Origin: Eledone cirrhosa
Taxonomy: Eukaryota
Direction of reading: 5' to 3'
Assembly: GCA_964016885.1 (NCBI GenBank)
Contig: OZ024743.1
Span: 237,026,001 to 237,090,000 of the forward strand
Length of the DNA: 64,000 nucleotides
The notes under the pieces: model-generated
The model's database searches: none
What the model was told of the DNA's origin: nothing
Seen by the model: the letters and a program-made list of their open reading frames with translations, nothing else
Shown: positions 1 to 15,000 of the stretch, piece after piece
How the letters are laid out: every line of letters begins with the position of its first letter
How positions within the stretch are numbered: position 1 is the first letter of the stretch
Translations under genes and position numbers: made by a program

Positions 1-3000
1 GTCTAAGTGTAAAGTCTGTCCTGTTATAGACAGCTACAGTATTGATTAGTCTGTCTAAGTCTAAAGTCTGTCTTATTATAGACAGCTACAGTATTGACGA
101 TTCTGTCTATGTCTAAAGTCTGAGTTATTATAGACAGCTACAGTATTGATTAGTCTGTCTAAGTGTAAAGTCTGTCTTGTTATAGACAGCTACAATATTG
201 ATTAGTCTGTCTAAGTCTAAAGTCTGTCTTGTTATAGACAGCTACAGTATTGATTAGTCTGTCTAAGTCTAAAGTCTGTCTTGTTATAGACAGCTACAGT
301 ATTGATTATTCTGTCTAAGTCTAAAGTCTGTCTTATTATGGACAGTAACAGTACTGATTAGTCTGTCTAAGTCTAAAGTCTGTCTTATTATAGACAGCTA
401 CAGTATTGCCAATTCTGTCTAAGTGTAAAGTCTGTCCTGTTATAGACAGCTACAGTATTGATTAGTCTGTCTAAGTCTAAAGTCTGTCTTATTATAGACA
501 GCTACAGTATTGACAATTCTGTCTAAGTCTAAAGTGTGTCTTGTTATAGACAGCTACATTATTGATTACTCTGTCTAAGTCTAAAGTCTGTCTTATCATA
601 GACAGCTACAGTATTGACAATTCTGTCTCAGTCTAAAGTCTGTCTTGTTTTAGACAGCTACAGTATTGATTAGTCTGTCTAAGTCTAAAGTCTGTCTTGT
701 TATAGACAGCTACAGTATTGATTAGTCTGTCTAAGTCTAAAGTCTGTCTTATTATAGACAGCCACAGTATTGATTAGTCTGTCTAAGTCTAAAGTCTGTC
801 TTATTATAGACAGCTGCAGTACTGATTACTCTGTCTAAGTCTAAAGTCTGTCTTGTTATAGACAACTACAGTATTGATTAGTCTGTCTAAGTCTAAAGTC
901 TGTCTTGTTATAGACAACTACAGTATTGATTAGTCTGTCTAAGTCTAAAATCTTTTTTATTATAGACAGCTACAGTATTGACAATTTTGTCTAAGTCTAA
1001 AGTCTGTCTTGTTATAGACAGCTACAGTATTTATTAGTCTGTCTAAGTCTAAAGTCTGTCTTATTATAGACAGCTACAGTACTGAATAGTCTGTCTAAGT
1101 CTAAAGTCTGTCTTGTTATAGACAACTACAGTATTGATTAGTCTGTCTAAGTCTAAAGTCTGTCTTATTATAGACAGCTACAGTATTGGCAATTCTGTCT
1201 AAGTCTAAAGTCTGTCTTTTTATAGACAGCTACAGTACTGATTAGTCTGTCTAAGTCTAAACTCTCTCTTGTTATAGACAACTACAGTATTGATTAGTCT
1301 GTCTAAGTCTAAAATCTGTCTTATTATAGACAGCTACTGTATTGACAATTCTTTCTACGTCTAAACTCTGTCTTGTTATAGACAGCTACAGTACCGATTA
1401 GTCTGTCTAAGTCTAATGTCTGTCTTGTTATAGACAGCTACAGTATTGATTAGTCTGTCTAAGTTGAAAGTCTTTCTTAGTATAGACAGCTACAGTACTG
1501 ATTAGTCTGTCTAAGTCTAAACTCTCTCTTCTTATAGACAACTACAGTATTGTTTAGTTTGTCTAAGTCTAAAATCTGTCTTATTATAGACAGCTACAGT
1601 ATTGACAATTGTGTCTACGTCTAAATTCTGTCTTGTTATAGAGAGCTACAGGACCGATTAGTCTGTCTAAGTCTAAAGTCTTTCTTATTATAGACAGCTA
1701 CAGTATTGACAATTCTCTCTAAGTCTAAAGTCTGTCTTGTTATAGACAGCTACAGTATTGATTACTCTGTCTAAGACTAAAGTCTGTCTTATCATAGACA
1801 GCTACTGTATTGACAATTCTGTCTCAGTCTAAAGTCTGTCTTGTTTTAGACAGCTACAGTATTGATTAGTCTGTCTAACTCTAAAGTCTGTCTTGTTATA
1901 GACAGCTACAGTATTGATTAGTATGTCTAAGTCTAAAGTCTGTCTTATTATAGACAGCTACAGTATTGATTAGTCTGTCTAAGTCTAAAGTTTGTCTTAT
2001 TATAGACAGCTACAGTACTGATTAGTCTGTCTAAGTCTAAAGTCTGTCTTATTATAGACAGCTACAGTATTGACGATTCTGTCTAAGTCTAAAGTCTGTC
2101 TTGTTATAGACAGCTACAGTATTGACAATTCTGTCTAAGTCTAAAGTCTGTCTTGTTATAAACAGCTAAAGTATTGATTAGTCTGTCTAAGTCTAAAGTC
2201 TGTCTTATAATAGACAGCTACAGTATTGACAATTATGTCTAAGTCTAAAGTCTGTCTTGTTATAGACAGCTACAGTATTGATTAGTCTGTCTAAGTCTAA
2301 AGTCTGTCTTGTTATAGACAACTACAGTATTGATTAGTCTGTCTAAGTCTAAAATCTGTCTTATTATAGACAGCTACAGTATTGACAATTCTGTCTAAGT
2401 CTAAAGTCTGTATTTTTATAGACAGCTACAGTACTGATTAGTCTGTCTAAGTGTAAAGTCTGTCTTGTTATAGACAGCTACAATATTGATTACTCTGTCT
2501 AAGTCTAAACTCTGTCTTGTTATAGACAGTTACATTATTGATTAGTCTGTCTAAGTCTAAAGTCTGTCTTATTATAGATAGCTACAGTACTGACAATTCT
2601 GTCTAAGTCTAAAGTGTGTCTTGTTATAGACAGCTACATTATTGATTACTCTGTCTAAGTCTAAAGTCTGTCTTATCATAGACAGCTACAGTATTGACAA
2701 TTCTGTCTCAGTCTAAAGTCTGTCTTGTTTTAGACAGCTACAGTATTGATTAGTCTGTCTAAGTCTAAAGTCTGTCTTGTTATAGACAGCTACAGTATTG
2801 ATTAGTCTGTCTAAGTCTAAAGTCTGTCTTATTATAGACAGCTACAGTATTGATTAGTCTGTCTAAGTCTAAAGTCTGTCTTATTATAGACAGCTACAGT
2901 ACTGAATAGTCTGTCTAAGTCTAAAGTCTGTCTTGTTATAGACAACTACAGTATTGATTAGTCTGTCTAAGTCTAAAGTCTGTCTTATTATAGACAGCTA

Positions 3001-6000
3001 CAGTATTGGCAATTCTGTCTAAGTCTAAAGTCTGTCTTTTTATAGACATCTACAGTACTGATTAGTCTGTCTAAGTCTAAACTCTCTCTTGTTATAGACA
3101 ACTACAGTATTGATTAGTCTGTCTAAGTCTAAAATCTGTCTTATTATAGACAGCTACAGTATTGACAATTCTTTCTACGTCTAAACTCTGTCTTGTTATA
3201 GACAGCTACAGTACCGATTAGTCTGTCTAAGTCTAATGTCTGTCTTGTTATAGACAGCTACAGTATTGATTAGTCTGTCTAAGTTTAAAGTCTTTCTTAG
3301 TATAGACAGCTACAGTACTGATTAGTCTGTCTAAGTCTAAAGTCTGTCTTATTATAGACAGCTACAGTATTGACAATTCTCTCTGTGTCTAAACTCTGTC
3401 TTATTATAGACAGCTACAGTACTGATCAGTTTGTCTCAGTCTAAAGTCTGTCTTGTTTTAGACAGCTACAGTATTGATTAGTCTGTCTAAGTCTAAAGTG
3501 TGTCTTGTTATAGACAGCTACAGTATTGATTAGTCTGTCTAAGTCTAAAGTCTGTCTTATTATAGACAGCTACAGTATTGATTAAGATGTCTAGTCTAAA
3601 GTATGTCTTCTTATAGACAACTACAGTATTGATTAGTTTGTCTAAGTCTAAAATCTGTCTTATTATAGACAGCTACAGTATTGACAATTCTGTCTACGTC
3701 TAAAGTCTGTCTTGTTATAGACAGCTACAGGACCGATTAGTCTGTCTAAGTCTAAAGTCTTTCTTATTATAGACAGCTACAGTATTGACAATTCTCTCTA
3801 AGTCTAAAGTCTGTCTTGTTATAGACAGCTACAGTATTGATTACTCTGTCTAAGACTAAAGTCTGTCTTATCATAGACAGCTACTGTATTGACAATTCTG
3901 TCTCAGTCTAAAGTCTGTCTTGTTTTAGACAGCTACAGTATTGATTAGTCTGTCTAACTCTAAAGTCTGTCTTGTTATAGACAGCTACAGTATTGATTAG
4001 TCTGTCTAAGTCTAAAGTCTGTCTTATTATAGACAGCTACAGTATTGATTAGTCTATCTAAGTCTAAAGTCTGTCTTATTATAGACAGCTACAGTATTGA
4101 TTAGTCTGTTTAAGTCTAAAGTCTGTCTTATTATAGACAGCTACAGTACTGATTAGTCTGTCTAAGTTTAAAGTCTGTCTTGTTATAGACAGCTACAGTA
4201 TTGTTTAGTCTGTCTAAGTCTAAAGTCTGCCTTATTGTAGACAGCTACAGTATTGACGATTCTGTCTAAGTCTAAAGTCTGAGTTATTATAGACAGCTAC
4301 AGTATTGATTAGTCTGTCTAAGAGTAAAGTCGGTCTTGTTATAGACAGCTACAATATTGATTAGTCTGTCTAAGTCTAAAGTTTGTCTTGTTATAGACAG
4401 TTACAGTATTGATTAGTCTGTCTAAGTCTAAAGTCTGTCTTATTAAAGACAGCTACAGTATTGACAATTCTGTCTAAGTCTAAAGTCTGTCTTGTTATAG
4501 ACAGCTACAGTATTGATTAGTCTGTCTAAGTCTAAAGTCTGTCTTGTTATAGACAGCTACAGTATTGATTATTCAGTCTAAGTCTAAAGTCTGTCTTATT
4601 ATGGACAGTAACAGTACTGATTAGTCTGTCTAAGTCTAAAGTCTGTCTTATTATAGACAGCTACAGTATTGCCAATTCTGTCTAAGTGTAAAGTCTGTCC
4701 TGTTATAGACAGCTACAGTATTGATTAGTCTGTCTAAGTCTAAAGTCTGTCTTATTATAGTCTTATCAATAATAAGTCTAAAGTCTGTCTTGTTATAGAC
4801 AGTTACAGTATTGATTAGTCTGTCTAAGTCTAAAGTCTGTCTTATTATAGACAGCTACAGTATTGACAATTCTGTCTAAGTCTAAAGTCTGTCTTGTTAT
4901 AGACAGCTACAGTATTGATTACTCTGTCTAAGTCTAAAGTCTGTCTTAACATAGACAGCTACAGTATTGACAATTCTGTCTCAGTCTAAAGTCTGTCTTG
5001 TTTTAGACAGCTACAGTATTGAATAGTCTGTCTAACTCTAAAGTCTGTCTTGTTATAGACAGCTACAGTATTGATTAGTCTGTCTAAGTCTAAAGTCTGT
5101 CTTATTATAGATAGCTACAGTACTGATTAGTCTGTCTAAGTCTAAAGTCTGTCTTATTATAGATAGCTACAGTACTGATTAGTCTGTCTAAGTCTAAAGT
5201 CTGTCTTATTATAGACAGCTACAGTATTGACAATTCTGTCTAAGTCTAAAGTCTGTCTTGTTATAAACAGCTACAGTATTGATTAGTCTGTCTAAGTCTA
5301 AAGTCTGTCTTATTATAGACAGCTACAGTATTGACAATTATGTCTAAGTCTAAAGTCTGTCTTGTTATAGACAGCTACAGTATTGATTAGTCTGTCTAAG
5401 TCTAAAGTCTGTCTTATTATAGACAGCTACATTACTGATTAGTCTGTCTAAGTCTAAAGTCTGTCTTATTATAGATAGCTACAGTACTGATTAGTCTGTC
5501 TAAGTCTAAAGTCTGTCTTATTATAGACAGCTACAGTATTGATTAGTCTGTCTAAGTCTACAGTCTGTCTTATTATAGACAGCTACAGTATTGATTAGTC
5601 TGTCTAAGTCTAAAGTCTGTCTTATTATAGATAGCTACAGTACTGATTAGTCTGTCTAAGTCTAAAGTCTGTCTTATTATAGACAGCTACAGTATTGACA
5701 ATTCTGTCTAAGTCTAAAGTCTGTCTTGTTATAAACAGCTACAGTATTGATTAGTCTGTCTAAGTCTAAAGTCTGTCTTATTATAGACAGCTACAGTATT
5801 GACAATTATGTCTAAGTCTAAAGTCTGTCTTGTTATAGACAGCTACAGTATTGATTAGTCTGTCTAAGTCTAAAGTCTGTCTTATTATAGACAGCTACAG
5901 TACTGATTAGTCTGTCTAAGTCTAAAATCTGTCTTATTATAGACAGCTACAGTATTGGCAATTCTGTCTAAGTCTAAAGTCTGTCTTTTTATAGACAGCT

Positions 6001-9000
6001 ACAGTACTGATTAGTCTGTCTAAGTCTAAAGTCTGTCTTGTTATAGACAGCTACAGTACCGATTAGTCTGTCTAAGTCTAATGTCTGTCTTGTTATAGAC
6101 AGCTACAATATTGATTAGTCTGTCTAAGTTTAAAGTTTTTCTTATTATAGACAGCTACAGTACTGATTAGTCTGTCTAAGTCTAAATTCTATCTTATTAT
6201 AGACAGCTACAGTATTGATTAGTCTGTTTAAGTCTAAAGACTGTCTTATTATAGACAGCTACAGTATTGACGATTCTGTCTAAGTCTAAAGTCTGTCTTG
6301 TTATAGACAGCTACAGTATTGATTAGTCTGTCTAAGTCTAAAGTCTGTCTTGTTATAGACAGCTACAGTATTGATTAGAATGTCTAAGTCTAAAGTCTGT
6401 CTTATTATAGAGAGCTACAGCATTGATTAGTCTGTCTAACTCTAAAGTCCGTCTTATTATAGACAGCTACAGTATTGACAATTCTGTCTAAGTCTAAAGT
6501 CTGTCTTTTTATAGACAGCTACAGTACTGATTAGTCTGTCTAAGTCTAAAATCTGTCTTATTATAGACAGCTACAGTATTGACAATTCTGTCTACGTCTA
6601 AAGTCTGTCTTGTTATAGACAGCTACAGTACCGATTAGTCTGTCTAAGTCTAATGTCTGTCTTGTTATAGACAGCTACAGTATTGATTATTCTGTCTAAG
6701 TTTAAAGTCTTTCTTAGTATAGACAGCTACAGTATTGACAATTCTCTCTGAGTCTAAAGTCTGTCTTATTATAGACAGCTACAGTATTGATTAGTCTGTT
6801 TAAGTCTAAACTCTGTCTTATTATAGACAGCTACAGTACTGATCAGTTTGTCTAAGTCTAAAGTCTGTCTTGTTATAGACAGCTACAGTATTGATTAGTC
6901 TTTCTAAGTCTAAAGTCTGTCTTATTATAGACAGCTACAGTATTGATTAGTCTGTCTAAGTCTAAAGTCTGTCTTATTATAGACAGCTACAGTACTGATT
7001 AGTCTGTCTAAGTCTAAAGTATGTCTTGTTATAGACAGCTACAGTATTGATTAGTCTGTCTAAGTCTAAAGTCTGTCTTATTTTAGACAGCTACAGTATT
7101 TATTAGTCTGTCTAAGTCTAAAGTCTGTCTTATTATAGACAGCTACAGTATTGATTAGTCTGTCTAAGTCTAAAGTCTGTCTTATAATAGACAGCTACAC
7201 TATTGACAATTATGTCTAAGTCTAAAGTCTGTCTTGTTATAGACAGCTACAGTATTGATTAGTCTGTCTAAGTCTGAAGTCTGTCTTACTATAGACAGCT
7301 ACAGTACTGATTAGTCTGTCTCAGTCTAAAGTCTGTATTATTATAGACAGCTACAGTATTGACAATTCTGTCTAAGTCTAAAGTCTGTCTTTTTATAGAC
7401 AGCTACAGTACTGATTAGTCTGTCTAAGTCTAAAGTCTGTCTTGTTATAGACAGCTACAGTACCGATTAGTCTGTCTAAGTCTAATGTCTGTCTTGTTAT
7501 AGACAGCTACAGTATTGATTAGTCTGTCTAAGTCTAAAGTCAGTCTTATTACAGACAGCTACAGTACTGATTAGTCTGTCTAAGTTTAACGTCTGTATTA
7601 TTATAGACAGCTACAGTATTGACAATTCTGTCTAAGTCTAAAGTCTGTCTTGTTATAAACAGCTACAGTATTGATTAGTCTATCTAAGTCTAAAGTCTAT
7701 CTTATTATAGACAGCTACAGTATTGACAATTATGTCTAAGTCTAAAGTCTGTCTTATTATAGACAGCTACAGTATTGATTAGTCTGTTTAAGTCAAAAGT
7801 CTGTCTTATTATAGACAGCTACAGCACTGATTAGTCTGTCTAAGTTTAAAGTCTGTCTTGTTATAGACAGCTACAGTATTGTTTAGTCTGTCGAAGTCTA
7901 AAGTCTGCCTTATTATAGACAGCTACAGTATTGACGATTCTGTCTAAGTCTAAAGTCTGAGTTATTATAGACAGCTACAGTATTGATTAGTCTGTCTAAG
8001 TCTAAATTCTGTCTTGTTATAGACAGCTACAATATTGATTAGTCTGTCTAAGTCTAAAGTCTGTCTTGTTATAGACAGTTACAGTATTGATTAGTCTGTC
8101 TAAGTCTAAAGTCTGTCTTATTAAAGACAGCTACAGTATTGACAATTCTGTCTAAGTCTAAAGTCTGTCTTGTTATAGACAGCTACAGTAATGATTAGTC
8201 TGTCTAAGTCTAAAGTCTGTCTTATTATGGACAGTAACAGTACTGATTAGTCTGTCTAAGTCTAAAGTCTGTCTTATTATAGACAGCTACAGTATTGCCA
8301 ATTCCGTCTAAGTGTAAAGTCTGTCCTGTTATAGACAGCTACAATATTGATTAGTCTGTCTAAGTCTAAAGTCTGTCTTATTATAGACAGCTACAGTATT
8401 GACAATTCTGTCTAAGTCTAAAGTGTGTCTTGTTATAGACAGCTACAGTATTGATTACTCTGTCTAAGTCTAAAGTCTGTCTTATCATAGACAGCTACAG
8501 TATTGACAATTCTGTCTCAGACTAAAGTCTGTCTTGTTTTAGACAGCTACAGTATTGATTAGTCTGTCTAAGTCTAAAGTCTGTCTTGTTATAGACAGCT
8601 ACAGTATTGATTAGTCTGTCTAAGTCTAAAGTCTGTCTTATTATAGACAGCTGCAGTACTGATTACTCTGTCTAAGTCTAAAGTCTGTCTTATTATAGAC
8701 AGCTACAGTATTGACAATTATGTCTAAGTCTAAAGTCTGTCTTGTTATAGACAGCTACAGTATTGATTAGTCTGTCTAAGTCTAAAGTCTGTCTTATTAT
8801 AGACAGCTACAGTACTGATTAGTCTGTCTAAGTCTAAAGTCTGTCTTGTTATAGACAGCTACAGTATTGATTAGTCTGTCTAAGTCTAAAATCTGTCTTA
8901 TTATAGACAGCTACAGTATTGACAATTCTGTCTAAGTCTAAAGTCTGTCTTCTTATAGACAGCTACAGTATTGATTAGTCTAAGTCTAAAGTCTGTCTTA

Positions 9001-12000
9001 TCATAGACAGCTACAGTATTGACAATTCTGTCTAAGTCTAAAGTCTGTCTTATTATAGACAGCTACAGTATTGATTAGTATGTCTAAGTTTAAAGTCTTT
9101 CTTATTATTGACGGCTACAGTACCGATTAGTCTGTCTAAGTCTAAAGTCTGTCTTATTATAGACAGCTACAGTATTGACAATTCTCTCTAAGTCGAAAGT
9201 CTGTCTTATTATAGACAGCTACAGTACTGATTAGTCTGTCTAAGTCTAAAGTCTGTCTTGTTATAGACAGCTACAGTATTGATTAGTGTGTCTAAGTCTA
9301 AAGTCTGTCTTATTATAGAGAGCTACAGTACTGATTAGTCTGTCTAAGTCTAAAGTCTGTCTTATTATTGACACCTACAGTATTGATTACTCTGTCTAAG
9401 TCTAAAGTCTGTCTTGTTATAAACAGTTACAGTATTGATTAGTCTGTGTAAGTCTAAAGTCTGTCTTGTTATACACAGCTACAATATTTATTAGTCTGTC
9501 TAAGTCTAAAGTCTGTCTTGTTATAGACAGCTACTGTATTGATTAGTCTGTCTAAGTCTAAAGTCTGTCTTGTTATAGACAGTTACAGTATTGATTAGTC
9601 TGTCTAAGTCTAAAGTCTGTCTTATTATAGACAGCTACAGTATTGACAATTCTGTCTAAGTCTAAAGTCTGTCCTGTTATAGACAGCTACAGTATTGATT
9701 ATTCTGTCTAAGTCTAAAGTCTGTCTTATTATAGACAGCTACAGTATTGACAATTCTGTCTAAGTCTAAAGTCTGTCTTGTTATAGACAGGTACAATATT
9801 GATTACTCTGTCTAAGTCTAAAGTCTGTCTTATCATAAACAGCTACAGTATTGACAATTCTGTCTCAGTCTAAAGTCTGTCTTGTTTTAGACAGCTACAG
9901 TGTTGAATAGTCTGTCTAACTCTAAAGTCTGTCTTGTTATAGACAGCTACAGTATTGATTAGTCTGTCTAAGTCTAAAGTCTGTCTTGTTATAGACAGCT
10001 ACAGTATTGATTAGTCTGTCTAAGTTTAAAGTCTTTCTTATTATAGACAGCTACAGTACTGATTAGACTGTCTAAGTCTAAAGTCTGTCTTGTTATAGAC
10101 AGCTACAGTACTGATTAGTCTGTCTAAGTCTAAAGTCAGTCTTATTATAGACAGCTACAGTACTGATTAGTCTGTCTAAGTCTAAAGTCTGTATTATTAT
10201 AAACAGCTACAGTATTGACAATTCTGTCTAAGTCTAAAGTCTGTCTTGTTATAAACAGCTACAGTATTGATTAGTCTATCTAAGTCTAAAGTCTGTCTTA
10301 TTATAGACAGCTACAGTATTGACAATTATGTCTAAGTCTAAAGTCTGTCTTGTTATAGACAGCTACAGTATTGATTAGTCTGTCTAAGTCTAAAGTCTGT
10401 CTTGTTATAGACAGCTACAGTATTGATTAGTCTGTCTAAGTTTAAAGTCTTTCTTATTATAGACAGCTACAGTACTGATTAGACTGTCTAAGTCTAAAGT
10501 CTGTCTTGTTATAGACAGCTACAGTACTGATTAGTCTGTCTAAGTCTAAAGTCAGTCTTATTATAGACAGCTACAGTACTGATTAGTCTGTCTAAGTCTA
10601 AAGTCTGTATTATTATAAACAGCTACAGTATTGACAATTCTGTCTAAGTCTAAAGTCTGTCTTGTTATAAACAGCTACAGTATTGATTAGTCTATCTAAG
10701 TCTAAAGTCTGTCTTATTATAGACAGCTACAGTATTGATTAGTCTGTTTAAGTCTAAAGTCTGTCTTATTATAGACAGCTACAGTACTGATTAGTCTGTC
10801 TAAGTTTAAAGTCTGTCTTGTTATAGACAGCTACAGTATTGTTTAGTCTGTCGAAGTCTAAAGTCTGCCTTATTATAGACAGCTACAGTATTGACGATTC
10901 TGTCTAAGTCTAAAGTCTGAGTTATTATAGACAGCTACAGTATTGATTAGTCTGTCTAAGTCTAAATTCTGTCTTGTTATAGACAGCTACAATATTGATT
11001 AGTCTGTCTAAGTCTAAAGTCTGTCTTATCATAGACAGCTACAGTATTGACAATTCTGTCTCAGTCTAAAGTCTGTCTTGTTTTAGACAGCTACAGTATT
11101 GCCAATTCTGTCTAAGTGTAAAGTCTGTCCTGTTATAGACAGCTACAGTATTGATTAGTCTGTCTAAGTCTAAAGTCTGTCTTATTATAGTCTTATCAAT
11201 AATAAGTCTAAAGTCTGTCTTGTTATAGACAGTTACAGTATTGATTAGTCTGTCTAAGTCTAAAGTCTGTCTTATTATAGACAGCTACAGTATTGACAAT
11301 TCTGTCTAAGTCTAAAGTCTGTCTTGTTATAGACAGCTACAGTATTGATTACTCTGTCTAAGTCTAAAGTCTGTCTTAACATAGACAGCTACAGTATTGA
11401 CAATTCTGTCTCAGTCTAAAGTCTGTCTTGTTTTAGACAGCTACAGTATTGTATAGTCTGTCTAACTCTAAAGTCTGTCTTGTTATAGACAGCTACAGTA
11501 TTGATTAGTCTGTCTAAGTCTAAAGTCTGTCTTATTATAGATAGCTACAGTACTGATTAGTCTGTCTAAGTCTAAAGTCTGTCTTATTATAGACAGCTAC
11601 AGTATTGATTAGTCTGTCTAAGTCTAAAGTCTGTCTTCTTATAGACAGCTACGGTATTGATTAGTCTGTCTAAGTCTAAAGTCTGTCTTATTATAGATAG
11701 CTACAGTACTGATTAGTCTGTCTAAGTCTAAAGTCTGTCTTATTATAGACAGCTACAGTATTGACAATTCTGTCTAAGTCTAAAGTCTGTCTTGTTATAA
11801 ACAGCTACAGTATTGATTAGTCTGTCTAAGTCTAAAGTCTGTCTTATTATAGACAGCTACAGTATTGACAATTATGTCTAAGTGTAAAGTCTGTCTTGTT
11901 ATAGACAGCTACAGTATTGATTAGTCTGTCTAAGTCTAAAGTCTGTCTTATTATAGACAGCTACATTACTGATTAGTCTGTCTAAGTCTAAAGTCTGTCT

Positions 12001-15000
12001 TATTATAGATAGCTACAGTACTGATTAGTCTGTCTAAGTCTAAGGTCTGTCTTATTATAGACAGCTACAGTATTGATTAGTCTGTCTAAGTCTAAAGTCT
12101 GTCTTATTATAGACAGCTACAGTATTGATTAGTCTGTCTAAGTCTAAAGTCTGTCTTATTATAGATAGCTACAGTACTGATTAGTCTGTCTAAGTCTAAA
12201 GTCTGTCTTATTATAGACAGCTACAGTATTGACAATTCTGTCTAAGTCTAAAGTCTGTCTTGTTATAAACAGCTACAGTATTGATTAGTCTGTCTAAGTC
12301 TAAAGTCTGTCTTATTATAGACAGCTACAGTATTGACAATTATGTCTAAGTCTAAAGTCTGTCTTGTTATAGACAGCTACAGTATTGATTAGTCTGTCTA
12401 AGTCTAAAGTGTGTCTTATTATAGACAGCTACAGTACTGATTAGTCTGTCTAAGTCTAAAATATGTCTTATTATAGACAGCTAGAGTATTGGCAATTCTG
12501 TCTAAGTCTAAAGTCTGTCTTTTTATAGACAGCTACAGTACTGATTAGTCTGTCTAAGTCTAAAGTCTGTCTTGTTATAGACAGCTACAGTACCGATTAG
12601 TCTGTCTAAGTCTAATGTCTGTCTTGTTATAGACAGCTACAATATTGATTAGTCTGTCTAAGTTTAAAGTTTTTCTTATTATAGACAGCTACAGTACTGA
12701 TTAGTCTGTCTAAGTCTAAATTCTATCTTATTATAGACAGCTACAGTATTGATTAGTCTGTTTAAGTCTAAAGACTGTCTTATTATAGACAGCTACAGTA
12801 TTGCCGATTCTGTCTAAGTCTAAAGTCTGTCTTGTTATAGACAGCTACAGTATTGATTAGTCTGTCTAAGTCTAAAGTCTGTCTTGTTATAGACAGCTAC
12901 AGTATTGATTAGAATGTCTAAGTCTAAAGTCTGTCTTATTATAGAGAGCTACAGCATTGATTAGTCTGTCTAACTCTAAAGTCCGTCTTATTATAGACAG
13001 CTACAGTATTGACAATTCTGTCTAAGTCTAAAGTCTGTCTTTTTATAGACAGCTACAGTACTGATTAGTCTGTCTAAGTCTAAAATCTGTCTTATTATAG
13101 ACAGCTACAGTATTGAAAATTCTGTCTACGTCTAAAGTCTGTCTTGTTATAGACAGCTACAGTACCGATTAGTCTGTCTAAGTCTAATGTCTGTCTTGTT
13201 ATAGACAGCTACAGTATTGATTATTCTGTCTAAGTTTAAAGTCTTTCTTAGTATAGACAGCTACAGTATTGACAATTCTCTCTGAGTCTAAAGTCTGTCT
13301 TATTATAGACAGCTACAGTATTGATTAGTCTGTTTAAGTCTAAACTCTGTCTTATTATAGACAGCTACAGTACTGATCAGTTTGTCTAAGTCTAAAGTCT
13401 GTCTTGTTATAGACAGCTACAGTATTGATTAGTCTTTCTAAGTCTAAAGTCTGTCTTATTATAGACAGCTACAGTATTGATTAGTCTGTCTAAGTCTAAA
13501 GTCTGTCTTATTATAGACAGCTACAGTACTAATTAGTCTGTCTAAGTCTAAAGTATGTCTTGTTATAGACAGCTACAGTATTGATTAGTCTGTTTAAGTC
13601 TAAAGTCTGTCTTATTTTAGACAGCTACAGTATTTATTAGTCTGTCTAAGTCTAAAGTCTGTCTTATTATAGACAGCTACAGTACTGATTAGTCTGTCTA
13701 AGTCTAAAGTCTGTCTTATTATGGACAGTTACAGTACTGATTAGTCTGTCTAAGTCTAAAGTCTGTCTTATTATAGACAGCTACAGTATTGCCAATTCTG
13801 TCTAAGTCTAAAGTCTGTCTTGTTATAGACAGCTACAGTATTGATTAGTCTGTGTAAGTCTAAAGTCTGTCTTATCATAGACAGCTACAGTATTGACAAT
13901 TCTGTCTCAGTCTAAAGTCTGTCTTGTTTTAGACAGCTACAGTATTGATTAGTGTGTCTAAGTCTAAAGTCTGTCTTGTAATAGACAGCTACAGTATTGA
14001 TTAGTCTGTCTAAGTCTAAAGTCTGTCTTATTATAGACAGCTACAGTATTGATTAGTCTGTCTAAGTCTAAAGTCTGTCTTATTATAGACAGCTACAGTA
14101 TTGACAATTCTGTCTCAGTCTAAAGTCTGTCTTGTTTTAGACAGCTACAGTATTGATTAGTCTGTCTAAGTCTAAAGTCTGTCTTGTTATAGACAGCTAC
14201 AGTATTGATTAGTCTGTCTAAGTCTAAAGTCTGTCTTATTATAGACAGCTGCAGTATTGATTAGTCTGTCTAAGTCTAAAGTCTGTCTTATTATAGACAG
14301 CTGCAGTACTGATTACTCTGTCTAAGTCTAAAGTCTGTCTTATTATAGACAGCTACAGTATTGACAATTATGTCTAAGTCTAAAGTCTGTCTTGTTATAA
14401 ACAGTTACAGTATTGATTAGTCTGTGTAAGTCTAAAGTCTGTCTTGTTATACACAGCTACAATATTGATTAGTCTGTCTAAGTCTAAAGTCTGTCTTGTT
14501 ATAGACAGCTACTGTATTGATTAGTCTGTCTAAGTCTAAAGTATGTCTTGTTATAGACAGTTACAGTATTGATTAGTCTGTCTAAGTCTAAAGTCTGTCT
14601 TATTATAGACAGCTACAGTATTGACAATTCTGTCTATGTCTAAAGTCTGTCCTGTTATAGACAGCTACAGTATTGATTATTCTGTCTAAGTCTAAAGTCT
14701 GTCTTATTATAGACAGCTACAGTATTGACAATTCTGTCTAAGTCTAAAGTCTGTCTTGTTATAGACAGCTACAGTATTGATTACTCTGTCTAAGTCTAAC
14801 GTCTGTCTTATCATAGACAGCTACAGTATTGACAATTCTGTCTCAGTCTAAAGTCTGTCTTGTTTTAGACAGCTACAGTATTGATTAGTCTGTCTAACTC
14901 TAAAGTCTGTCTTGTTATAGACAGCTACAGTATTGATTAGTCTGTCTAAGTCTAAAGTCTGTCTTATTATCGACAGCTACAGTACTGATTAGTCTGTCTA

